Below, piece after piece: positions 42,392-51,035 of a stretch of 64,000 nucleotides of DNA. Positions within the stretch are counted from its first letter, which is position 1. Each line of letters begins with the position of its first letter. Made by a program: the position numbers and the translations under genes. A model generated the notes under the pieces. The model was not told the origin of the DNA, did not search any database, and was given only the letters and a program-made list of their open reading frames with translations. The DNA comes from an uncultured Phycisphaeraceae bacterium (GTDB lineage Bacteria > Planctomycetota > Phycisphaerae > UBA1845): contig CAZMVD010000008.1 in assembly GCA_964569425.1 (NCBI GenBank), positions 3,182 through 67,181 on the forward strand, written 5' to 3'.

Positions 42392-43039
42392 ATGAGTGTA
42401 GTCGAGCAGGTGCTGGTCGTGGAGCGCAATGTCTTCGACCGGGTGGGCAGTTTCCAGGGGATTCAATTCTCTATTGATGCCTATCTCGACGCGTTTTTCG
42501 CCGCGGGGGTGCTTCGGTTCATGCCGCGGCCGCAGGCGGAAGAAGACCCGGCGTTCAAGCAGATCATACCCTATGTGCTCATGACCGACGGCGAGACGTA
42601 CCTTACCTATGTGCGGGGACGCAAAGCGGGCGAGCAGCGTCTGGTCGGACGGCGTTCGCTGGGGATCGGCGGGCACATCAACCCGGCGGACGATTTGCCC
42701 CTTTTTGACGCCGACTATCGTGCGGCCTATCGGGCGGCGGTGGAACGTGAGGTGGCCGAGGAGGTGGTCGTTGAGTCCGCGCCACCCGACCGCATGGTGG
42801 CGTTGCTGAACGATGATTCCACGCCGGTGGGCCGCGTGCACCTGGGCATTGTGCATTATTGGCGATTTGCGCGGCTCAGCGTTCGCAAGCGCGAGCAAGT
42901 CATTACTCAACTTTCGTTCCTGACGCTGCCGGAGCTTGGTGCAGTGCGCGATTCGCTGGAGTCGTGGTCGCAGTTGTGTCTCGATCATCTCGACCGACTG
43001 GCGCAGGCCGCGGCGCCGCGGCTATGCGGGACTTCCTGA
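42392..43039 (+). CDS. NUDIX-like phosphoesterase
   Basis: AEEDPAFKQIIPY, SLGIGGHIN, REVAEE, NDD..VG.VHLG, LESWS. Confidence 0.82.
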   Translation: MSVVEQVLVVERNVFDRVGSFQGIQFSIDAYLDAFFAAGVLRFMPRPQAEEDPAFKQIIPYVLMTDGETYLTYVRGRKAGEQRLVGRRSLGIGGHINPADDLPLFDADYRAAYRAAVEREVAEEVVVESAPPDRMVALLNDDSTPVGRVHLGIVHYWRFARLSVRKREQVITQLSFLTLPELGAVRDSLESWSQLCLDHLDRLAQAAAPRLCGTS

Positions 43040-43109
43040 CCCTCCGGTGCACCCGGGGGGTTGCCCGTGGCTACACAAAGCGCGGGCGGGACGCGCGGCG
43101 TGCGGTGCG

Positions 43110-44225
43110 TCAGTGGAAGTCCTCCGGCAGGCGGAAATCGGCGATGAATACCTGGGGATGCTCCAAGCCGCCGCGGCGCGATGTCCACATCAACATTCGC
43201 CCATCGGGGCTGAAGACGGGCAGGCCGTCGAACGCGGGGTCGGTGGTGATGCGCACCATGGACTCCGGCGTGGGCGCCGGTTTCGCAGTGTCGCCTTGTG
43301 GCACTTTCATCAGGTAGAGGTCGTAATTTGGTTTTTCGCCGCGGGCCCGGAGTGAATGATCGGCCTGGGTGAAGATGAAACTTTTCCCGGAGGGGTGCCA
43401 GAAGGGGCACCAGTTGAACAGTTCGTTGTCGGTCAGGGCGCGGTCGTGGCTGGCGTCGGCGCCGACAAGGCGAATCTGGAGGTTCTGCTTGCCGTCGTTG
43501 CGGCGGTCGCCGCGGTAAAGAATGGACCTGCCATCGGGTGAGAAGAATGGTCCGCCGTCGTAGCCCTTGCCGTGGGTGATGCGTCGCTGGTCGGAGCCGT
43601 CGGCGTTCATGACATAGATTTCCAGGTCGCCATCGCGTTGGGAGGTAAAGACGATGAATCGACCGTCGGCGGAGTAGGAGCCCTCGGCGTCGTAGCCCGG
43701 CGCGTCGGTCAGCCGCTTAAGATTGGCGCCGTCTGGGTCGGCCTCGAAGATGTCCATGTGGGCGTTGAAGTCCCATTCGTACCCCTTTTTTGGCGACGTT
43801 TCTTTGGGCTTGTCGAGATCGGGGTCAAGGTGGCTGGAGGCGAAGATGATCTTCTTGCCGTCGGGTCGGTAATAGGCGCAGGTGCAGGCGCCTTTGCCGG
43901 TGCTGACCATCCGCGGTTCGCCGCCCTTGAGGTTCATCGTGTAGATCTGGTAGTCCGTCTGGCCGATCGGCGTGGCCTGGAAGATGATGTCCTTGCCGTC
44001 GGGTGAGAAATAGGCTTCACCCGCGTTGTGGAAACCCATGTCGCGGGTGGTGATCTGACGGATATTGGAAAGGTAGCGTGCTTCGGGGCCCGCGGCGTCG
44101 GCGGGAGGCGCCGTTTGTGCCTGGAGCGGCGCGCTCCCGGCGGCCCAAAGCGACAAGACGGCCAAAGTCGAGCCTGTCAGGGCGCGGTTGATCGATGAAG
44201 AAAGGGTACGGTGCATGCTGACCAT
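43110..44225 (-). CDS. Secreted TolB-like PD40 beta-propeller protein
   Basis: Repeated FSPDG..I.F motifs, GYDAEGSYS, YDGGPFFSPDG; signal peptide. Confidence 0.88.
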   Translation of the reverse strand: MVSMHRTLSSSINRALTGSTLAVLSLWAAGSAPLQAQTAPPADAAGPEARYLSNIRQITTRDMGFHNAGEAYFSPDGKDIIFQATPIGQTDYQIYTMNLKGGEPRMVSTGKGACTCAYYRPDGKKIIFASSHLDPDLDKPKETSPKKGYEWDFNAHMDIFEADPDGANLKRLTDAPGYDAEGSYSADGRFIVFTSQRDGDLEIYVMNADGSDQRRITHGKGYDGGPFFSPDGRSILYRGDRRNDGKQNLQIRLVGADASHDRALTDNELFNWCPFWHPSGKSFIFTQADHSLRARGEKPNYDLYLMKVPQGDTAKPAPTPESMVRITTDPAFDGLPVFSPDGRMLMWTSRRGGLEHPQVFIADFRLPEDFH

Positions 44226-44330
44226 GCCGTGCTCTCCTGAAAAGGGAATATCCTCCGGGGTAACCGATACTGCCGCCGAGCACGCTATGCGACGTTGGCG
44301 AGGCGCACAAGTCGCCCACGGGCAGTGCGC

Positions 44331-45902
44331 TTACTTCGCCCGGTCAAACCGCACGTCCGTATCGCCCAAGGCAAACGCAATCACGATGGCCGCCACACCT
44401 TCCGCAGAGGTTTCGAATCGACCCAGTTCCTGCTGATTCTCTCCGACCAGGACGGAGAATCGATTTTTACCCTCCGGCGAGAGCATCAGGGGAAGGGTCC
44501 CGACGCGCGCGGAAAGGCGATTGTCGGATCGTTCCACGACGACGGTGCCCCACACGGGGTTCGTGTAGTTGCCCGCATAATCGGCGATCGGGAGCGAAAG
44601 GGCTTCCTGGGTGACCGGATTCTGCTCGTAGTGAGTTACTTGTTCCTGTTGTTGTTTCATCCTGCCTTTGGTGCGCTGGGCGATTTCCGGGATGATGTCG
44701 GCGCCTTCGAGCTTGAGCAGCCGGTCGTAGACGTCCCCCGCGACAATGATGGGCAATGGGAAGGACGCATTTGCAACCGCGGCCACGCCGATCTTGTGTT
44801 GCGGCATGAAGGAAATGTGCGCCGCTGCACCGGTGTAGCCACCGCCGTGCTCGATCCGTGGTACCTGCTTGTAAAGGCCGATCGTCCAGCCGAGTCCGTA
44901 ACCCTCGCGCATGCTGTTGGGTAGGAATTCCTCGGGCTTGGCCATTCTGGACTGCAAGCGCTGCATTTCCAGGATCCACTTTTCGGGCAAGACGTTGCGG
45001 TCGCCGACCTTGCCGCCGTTCAAGTTCAGGATGAGCCATTTCGACAAGTCGTTGATCGACGCGCCCAGGCCGCCCGCGGCGTGCATGGTTTCGTCGAACT
45101 TGCGAACGGTCGCGGGCACCGGCCGGTTGTTTTTCAATACGCAGGGTATGCCGGCGTCTGGGTCGCCGTACATTCGGCTGGCGGATGGGGTGGTGCGCGT
45201 CATGCCGGCGGGCTTCAGGACGCGTTCGGTCAACACATCCCTCCACGGTTTTTCCTCCACCGCCTCCAACACGCGGCCTGCCAGCGTGTAATGAAGGTTG
45301 GAGTAGGCGAATGAGCCGCGGATGGTGGCGGCCGGGAGCCACTGGTAGTACCTATCCTCGGTGATTTCCCCTGAGAAGGCATCGAGGAAGACGATGGGCT
45401 GACTGTTAATGCCCTTGGCGTGGGAGAGCAGGTCACGGATGGTCAGTGTCTGGGTCAGCGAGGGATCGGAGAGTTCGAACCGGGGAAGATAGCGCTTCAC
45501 CGGTGCGTCGAGGTCGACTTTTCCTTCCTCTACGAGCGACAACATGGCCATGGCGACGAATGACTTGGTGCAGGACGCGATGTAGAAGATCGTATCGGGC
45601 GTGACCGGCAGGTGGTTTTGGGGATCGCGCTCGCCAAACGCGGCGGTGTAGATTACGTCATTACCGCGGACGACGGTGACGGCCAATCCGGGCACGCCCA
45701 TTTCCTTCATGGCGGCTTCCCACCGTTGCGGCAGGCCTTCGAACTCGGGGGGAAGGGTGGACGGCGGCGCTGCCTGCGCCGTCGCATCAGGCTTCGCCCC
45801 TTTCGTCTGGGGCCACGCCGGCGCCGCGCTGCCCCACGCGGCGAGGATTAATGTTCCATACACCGGGAACTTTGAGTGTTGCTGCACCATGTTCATTTGC
45901 AT
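44331..45902 (-). CDS. Serine hydrolase (beta-lactamase class C-like) with C-terminal DUF3471-like domain
   Basis: F.IASCTK (SxxK), DLLSH, FAYSN, HGGG, YAGNY.NP.WG. Confidence 0.88.
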   Translation of the reverse strand: MQMNMVQQHSKFPVYGTLILAAWGSAAPAWPQTKGAKPDATAQAAPPSTLPPEFEGLPQRWEAAMKEMGVPGLAVTVVRGNDVIYTAAFGERDPQNHLPVTPDTIFYIASCTKSFVAMAMLSLVEEGKVDLDAPVKRYLPRFELSDPSLTQTLTIRDLLSHAKGINSQPIVFLDAFSGEITEDRYYQWLPAATIRGSFAYSNLHYTLAGRVLEAVEEKPWRDVLTERVLKPAGMTRTTPSASRMYGDPDAGIPCVLKNNRPVPATVRKFDETMHAAGGLGASINDLSKWLILNLNGGKVGDRNVLPEKWILEMQRLQSRMAKPEEFLPNSMREGYGLGWTIGLYKQVPRIEHGGGYTGAAAHISFMPQHKIGVAAVANASFPLPIIVAGDVYDRLLKLEGADIIPEIAQRTKGRMKQQQEQVTHYEQNPVTQEALSLPIADYAGNYTNPVWGTVVVERSDNRLSARVGTLPLMLSPEGKNRFSVLVGENQQELGRFETSAEGVAAIVIAFALGDTDVRFDRAK

Positions 45903-45944
45903 TCCTTTCGAGGTATTGAACCGTTTGACATCAACTCACTGTGT

Positions 45945-46838
45945 TTATCCGGGTTTAATTGAACCTGAGTTTTCCTGGGGCGGCACCTGGCCCAGATGCT
46001 TCATCAAGTTCTGGTAGGCCGGGCCGCGCGATGAGGCCGGGTGCAGGTGCCGAAGGCTGAGGAACACGGCGCGGAGGCGCTCGACGGAAGTATCGTGCTC
46101 AAGCTCGGCCATGGCCGCGGCCTGTGAGGCTTCGTTGATCAGACCGTTGTAAAGCACGTAGGAGATGATGGGGCTGGCGGTCCAGAAGGCCTGGTGGACG
46201 TCGTCCCCGTCTTTCTTGAGCAGGGCCAGCAGGTGCTCGCGGCCGTCGATGTTCAGGTTGAGCAAGTCGCCGGGGATGGCGCTGAGGATTTCATTGCCGC
46301 GCGGCCGGACGATGGTGTGCGCGGCTTCCACGCCGGTCTGGCGATAGGTCTTGACCACCATTTCGATGCCGCGTGAATGCGCGGTCTCGATGGCGCTGCG
46401 TAATTCGAGCAGCAGCGTGGGGAATACATCCATGACGGCTACGTGGCCGGCGCGGTCAAACATGGCCCGTGCCCGTTCGAGGACCTGCGACCGGTTCTGC
46501 AACTGGTAGAGCCGATCGTCGGATTCGCTGCGGCGGATCTGCGACAGAAACCCCGCGGCCGACTGTTTGGATTCGCGAAAGCGCACCTCTAGTAGTTTGA
46601 GCAGTTCGTCGGGGGGGACGGCGCGGCAGAGGCGGTTGCGGGCGTCGTCGACGATGACAGCGCCCTTGCGTTGGAGGGATGCGAGCGCCTTGTAGGTGTT
46701 GGCCGCGGGTTTGCCGATCGTTTGGGCGACCCGGTATCCCGTTGCGGGCGATTCGCGAACGAGGCAGACGTAGACTTCGGCCTCCAGCGATGTAAATCCA
46801 AGTTCTACAAGAGTTTGCAGTTGTCTGTCGGTGGTCAT
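45945..46838 (-). CDS. TrmB family transcriptional regulator
   Basis: LGFTSLEAEVYVCL...TGYRVA...YKALASL..KG wHTH plus sensor domain. Confidence 0.85.
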   Translation of the reverse strand: MTTDRQLQTLVELGFTSLEAEVYVCLVRESPATGYRVAQTIGKPAANTYKALASLQRKGAVIVDDARNRLCRAVPPDELLKLLEVRFRESKQSAAGFLSQIRRSESDDRLYQLQNRSQVLERARAMFDRAGHVAVMDVFPTLLLELRSAIETAHSRGIEMVVKTYRQTGVEAAHTIVRPRGNEILSAIPGDLLNLNIDGREHLLALLKKDGDDVHQAFWTASPIISYVLYNGLINEASQAAAMAELEHDTSVERLRAVFLSLRHLHPASSRGPAYQNLMKHLGQVPPQENSGSIKPG

Positions 46839-46949
46839 TGTGCGGCGTCCTATTAGTAGCACATACTACTGATTCGAGAGTCGAGCGAGAATATTTCCAA
46901 AACTCATTCGGGTCAAAGCGCGGTTCAGGGGCGGAGAATCTGGTGCCGC

Positions 46950-47825
46950 TCAGGATGGGGCGGAGGATGGCTCGCGCCCTGGGGGGGCGATATTCGCGGA
47001 CGTGGTCACGCGCCGGCCGCATTCGGGGCAGGCGCCCGAGGAAAGCTGGTACAGCGGGTACCCGCAACCGGGACACAGGTCTTCTTCGATTTCCAGGAGG
47101 AACCCCAGGTTGCACTGAACGCAGCGTGATCGGCCCACGGCAACCGTTTGCGTATGCGCGCAGCGTGGGCAGGTGAGCGACAGGCGCAGGTCGGTGGTGC
47201 GTACCGCTTCGCGGGCGCGGATGGTGGTGATGCGATGAAGCACCGGGACCGCGAGCGAACCGCAACCCAAGATGATGAAGAGGACGTTGATATGCCGAAA
47301 TGCCGTACTCTCGTCGATCAGGGGTCGTCCATTCCACACCCAATGGGCGACGTACGCGGCCAGCAGCAGATTGACGATGATCGTCCAGCGCCGGACCCAT
47401 CGGTAGCGCGGGTCAAGCTGCGCCAGCGAGAGCGCGGCAACGATCGTTATGGCCACGGCAGCAATCCAGGCAATGCCCGATATGCGACACATTAAGTCGT
47501 AGTAGGGGTGGGGGCCGGGGCCGAATACTCGCCAAGTGCCGACGCATTCGATCCAAACGACCGGCGATGACAACGCGAACGCCGCGATGGCAAACGCCAG
47601 ACCCACGAGCCCGACCGGGTGCCAGCGCCTTCGCGCCCACACAACTACGTCGACCAATCCCAGGATCGAGGCCGCGGCAAATAAAGCGGTTATCGCCAGA
47701 ATGGCCCACGCCGTCGCGGACCGCGTGTCGCTGGCGATGACGAAGACTCCCATGGCAGCGCAGATGACGAGTGAGCCGACGAAGGCGAGAAGCAGGTAGC
47801 GTTGAGCGCGGGCAGATGTTCGCAT
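46950..47825 (-). CDS. Polytopic membrane protein with C-terminal double zinc ribbon
   Basis: About six hydrophobic segments, then CPRC..CVQC and CPGCGY.L....CPECG. Confidence 0.75.
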   Translation of the reverse strand: MRTSARAQRYLLLAFVGSLVICAAMGVFVIASDTRSATAWAILAITALFAAASILGLVDVVVWARRRWHPVGLVGLAFAIAAFALSSPVVWIECVGTWRVFGPGPHPYYDLMCRISGIAWIAAVAITIVAALSLAQLDPRYRWVRRWTIIVNLLLAAYVAHWVWNGRPLIDESTAFRHINVLFIILGCGSLAVPVLHRITTIRAREAVRTTDLRLSLTCPRCAHTQTVAVGRSRCVQCNLGFLLEIEEDLCPGCGYPLYQLSSGACPECGRRVTTSANIAPPGREPSSAPS

Positions 47826-47875
47826 GACCGTTTATGTCCGTGCGACTGTTCTCGTCAACGCACGCGGCCCGCAAG

Positions 47876-48550
47876 TCAAGCGGCGCCGTCCGGCGGTCGA
47901 TGTTCTTCCCATCCTTCGCGCCCGATCAGTTTGACGAAGCGGCATGCGAGCAACGGCGTCTCGATCGTGGTTCCTCCGTAGCGCTCTACACAGACAATGG
48001 TTTGGTCGTTTGTGCCGCCGACGGGCAGCACCATTCGCCCCCCCTCCACGAGCTGGTCCACCAGCGCGGGCGGTACGCGGGGGGCACCGGCGGTGACGAT
48101 GATGCGGTCGTAGGGTGCGAATTCGGTCAGGCCGAGGCTGCCATCTCCGCCGCGCAAGGTGACGTTGGATATTCCGAGTTGGGCCAACGTGGCGGCGGCC
48201 TGATGGCGCAGCTCATCCAACCGCTCGATGGAATAGACATGAGCGGTTAGTTGGGCGAGCACGGCTGTCTGGTAGCCGCTGCCGGTGCCCACTTCGAGCA
48301 CGCAACAGCGCGGGGTGAGGTTCAGCGCCGCGGTCATAAAGGCGACAATGTACGGCTGGCTGATGGTCTGGCCGCAGGCGATGGGCAGCGCGGCGTCGGC
48401 ATAGGCCTGATGACGTTCGCTATCTGGAAGAAACCGTTCGCGCGGTACGGATTCCATGGCGGCAAGGACCGGAGCATCGTGCACGCCACGGGCGCGCAGG
48501 TGCTGTTCCACCATGCGATGCCGCTCCAGAATCCAATCGCGTTGCGGCAT
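47876..48550 (-). CDS. pcm: Protein-L-isoaspartate O-methyltransferase
   Basis: VPRERF, GQTISQPYIVA, LEVGTGSGYQ, APYDRIIVTA. Confidence 0.95.
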   Translation of the reverse strand: MPQRDWILERHRMVEQHLRARGVHDAPVLAAMESVPRERFLPDSERHQAYADAALPIACGQTISQPYIVAFMTAALNLTPRCCVLEVGTGSGYQTAVLAQLTAHVYSIERLDELRHQAAATLAQLGISNVTLRGGDGSLGLTEFAPYDRIIVTAGAPRVPPALVDQLVEGGRMVLPVGGTNDQTIVCVERYGGTTIETPLLACRFVKLIGREGWEEHRPPDGAA

Positions 48551-48673
48551 GAGGTCCAGGCTCCACCAGGCAGCGCACCGCAGCGCGCGCCATCGTGGAA
48601 AGACGACCTCCGAAGCCTTATCGGGCAAGGACCGCGGGGCGACTCTCGCGCCGGCTGCGCCCCGGCGAGCCGC

Positions 48674-49759
48674 CTATTTCTTCAACTCGACGACGATATT
48701 GGCGTAGTACGTACTGTCCAGCCTTTCGACGCCGGGCGGCGGCTGCGAGTTGTAATCCTTCTTGACGCCCAGTTTCAACTTCATGTAATCGCTCTTGAGC
48801 GGAAAGATCAATCCGGTGTCCGCCACCAGGCGGTAGTCGCCAAAGTCGTCCCACGCCGGGCTGTAGGTAGTGGATTGGGTGAACTGCATCCATGTTTTCA
48901 CGTCCAAGCGATAATCCCAGCCCAGGTCGAGAATGGCGTCGTCCTGCGAACCGCCGGTGCTGTACGTCTCGTGGCGATAGCCGATGCCCGCGCGGGTCTT
49001 GAATTCGTGTTCGGGTTTCTTGAGCCAGTAGTAGCCCGCACCGGTGCTGGCGGTGGCGCGAATGTCGATGTTCTCAAACTCGTCATACTCCAGCCCGAGG
49101 CGCGCGTACCAATACCAACGTTCGGTCAGCAGATACTCGTAATTGACGCCGCCGAGATACTCGTTGCGATTCCGCTGATTGTTCTGTTCGCCATACTCTG
49201 CGGCGAGGTAGAATTGCAGAAGGTCCTTGGCCGTCGTGCGCTTGAGGTCGATGCGGCCGCGCGCGTTCTTGGTATCGGTGTTTCCTTCGGAGCGGCTTCC
49301 GCCGGCTTCGATGGTCAGTGTCCATTGCGGGGTCAGCGCCAGTCGGAGTTTTTCCTCTTCGACTTTGATGGCCGCAACTTCAGGGCTGTCGGCGCCGGGC
49401 ATCCACAGCGCGGTGATGCTCTCCGTGGGCACCGCCACCTCGCCGATGGCGGTATGCATGATTGACTTGCCCGGTTCGGCCGATTCAGAGACCGTTCCGA
49501 CGAGTCGGTCGCCGCTTTCAAACTGGACATTGACCGATTCGTCGGTGGCGACTGAGACGATCAGTTTGGGGTCGATCTCCAGCTTGCCCGCGATTTGCGT
49601 AACAATGATCAGCTTGTCGCCGGACATGGTCTCGATCTTGCCAACGATCCTACTGCCGTCGCTGGTCACGATGACGTCCGCGCGCCCACCGGTATGGCAG
49701 AACAGGCTCGCGGCGAGTGCCAGGACCATGCTCGGCAATTGTCTGGGGAGGGGTCGCAT
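48674..49759 (-). CDS. DUF481 (YdiY-like) outer-membrane beta-barrel protein
   Basis: Signal peptide, DG.RIVG N-domain, GNTD, alternating beta strands, YNSQP near the C-terminus. Confidence 0.78.
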   Translation of the reverse strand: MRPLPRQLPSMVLALAASLFCHTGGRADVIVTSDGSRIVGKIETMSGDKLIIVTQIAGKLEIDPKLIVSVATDESVNVQFESGDRLVGTVSESAEPGKSIMHTAIGEVAVPTESITALWMPGADSPEVAAIKVEEEKLRLALTPQWTLTIEAGGSRSEGNTDTKNARGRIDLKRTTAKDLLQFYLAAEYGEQNNQRNRNEYLGGVNYEYLLTERWYWYARLGLEYDEFENIDIRATASTGAGYYWLKKPEHEFKTRAGIGYRHETYSTGGSQDDAILDLGWDYRLDVKTWMQFTQSTTYSPAWDDFGDYRLVADTGLIFPLKSDYMKLKLGVKKDYNSQPPPGVERLDSTYYANIVVELKK

Positions 49760-49938
49760 GATCGCATCCTCTTTTTTCAATATTGGGATCGAAGTCCAAG
49801 CGATTCGGAAGCCCAGCGCCAGTCCGTCGGTGCCGGCGTCTTCCGCGGAGACCGAGGCAAACGGCTTGTTGTTCGGTTCCTGCCGGTTATCGTCCGGCGG
49901 GCCGAGTCAATCAGGCCGATCCCCGGTCCGAACAGTTG

Positions 49939-50157
49939 TTAGTTGTCGTCCGCAAAAACGTCGTTGATGGAATCAGTGATAAACTGGTCAAGGGGCGTGA
50001 GGATGGCCGTCCGGATGAGCGCGATGATCAACTCTCGCCCGTCCAGGGTCACGCTGGTTGCGACATTGCCGAAGTTGCACGAGCCGAGCTGCATGAGAAA
50101 CCCGCCCGTTAAAAGCCAAGTGAGGCATCGCTTGCGCTTCAAGTTCGTGTTCATCAT
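49939..50157 (-). CDS. Small hypothetical membrane/lipoprotein
   Basis: Basic N-terminus, hydrophobic stretch, QLGSC; purine-rich RBS upstream. Confidence 0.55.
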   Translation of the reverse strand: MMNTNLKRKRCLTWLLTGGFLMQLGSCNFGNVATSVTLDGRELIIALIRTAILTPLDQFITDSINDVFADDN

Positions 50158-50518
50158 CTCCCACTCTCGCTCTCAGTACTGGAACTTGGACTTCGAACCG
50201 CCGAAATCCGCCGGCAGTGTAGTGAGGCGTCCGACGTCCTGCAACAGCGCGCCCGGAGGTCGGCGCCCTTCCCGTTTTTGACGGTTAGGCGGATTTCGAT
50301 TATACTTCCTCTCCATAGCATGGACGTGTGATCGCCTGAAATGAACACCCGGTGGTCGGCGGCGCATCCGTTTAGGCTTGTTGCCACCCGGCGCATTGGG
50401 CGTCCTGCCGGTGGCCGGTGGCGGCTTTGCGCCGACTCACGAGCACCGGTAGAGCCCACCGCCAAGCCGCACTTCCTCCGGGCGGCGAAGAGTGGCCTAA
50501 CGTGGATCAAGGTGTTTC

Positions 50519-50968
50519 ATGACGCCCGACGAGAAAGCCCAAGTCTTGGCGCTGTTTGATGAAGCGCATCGGTGGTGCCAGGATAGCGAGGCGCGCGACG
50601 GCGCCGGCAATCCTGTGACGTATAACGACGAGAACGCAGTGTCCTGGGATCTGGTCGGGGGCATTTGCCATCTTTTTGGGTGGAAGCGGGGATCGCAGCT
50701 CGCGGGCCAGATTCACCGGCATATCACCAAAGGCGTTGCGGCGCGGTTTGCACCTTGTTCGGAAGCGGCGTCCATTACCGCCCTTCTGGATTTCAATGAT
50801 GACGCGGCGATGAGTTTTGACCAGTTCGTCAGCACGTTGCGTGCCGTTCCGGTTTGGCGGGGTGGCGCTCAGGTTCCCGAGGCGGATGAGTCCGCGGCGC
50901 ACGCCGAGCGCGATCGACATCCCGACGCCCACGATCATCGATCTTTGGCGGCCAGGCACGACCGCTGA
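50519..50968 (+). CDS. Hypothetical protein, DUF6197-like
   Basis: WCQ..ARD..G.PV...W.L.G and LDFND...V...L pattern. Confidence 0.55.
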   Translation: MTPDEKAQVLALFDEAHRWCQDSEARDGAGNPVTYNDENAVSWDLVGGICHLFGWKRGSQLAGQIHRHITKGVAARFAPCSEAASITALLDFNDDAAMSFDQFVSTLRAVPVWRGGAQVPEADESAAHAERDRHPDAHDHRSLAARHDR

Positions 50969-51035
50969 TTTTCGGCGCCCTGTGGGGGACGTCGGATGGG
51001 GGGAACGGGCACGCGGCCATTGCGGCAGGACACGT

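Noticed and set aside
44331..45902. Antibiotic-resistance beta-lactamase
   Set aside because: SxxK/YxN motifs are shared by many esterases and peptidases, and the DUF3471-like tail suggests a general serine hydrolase.
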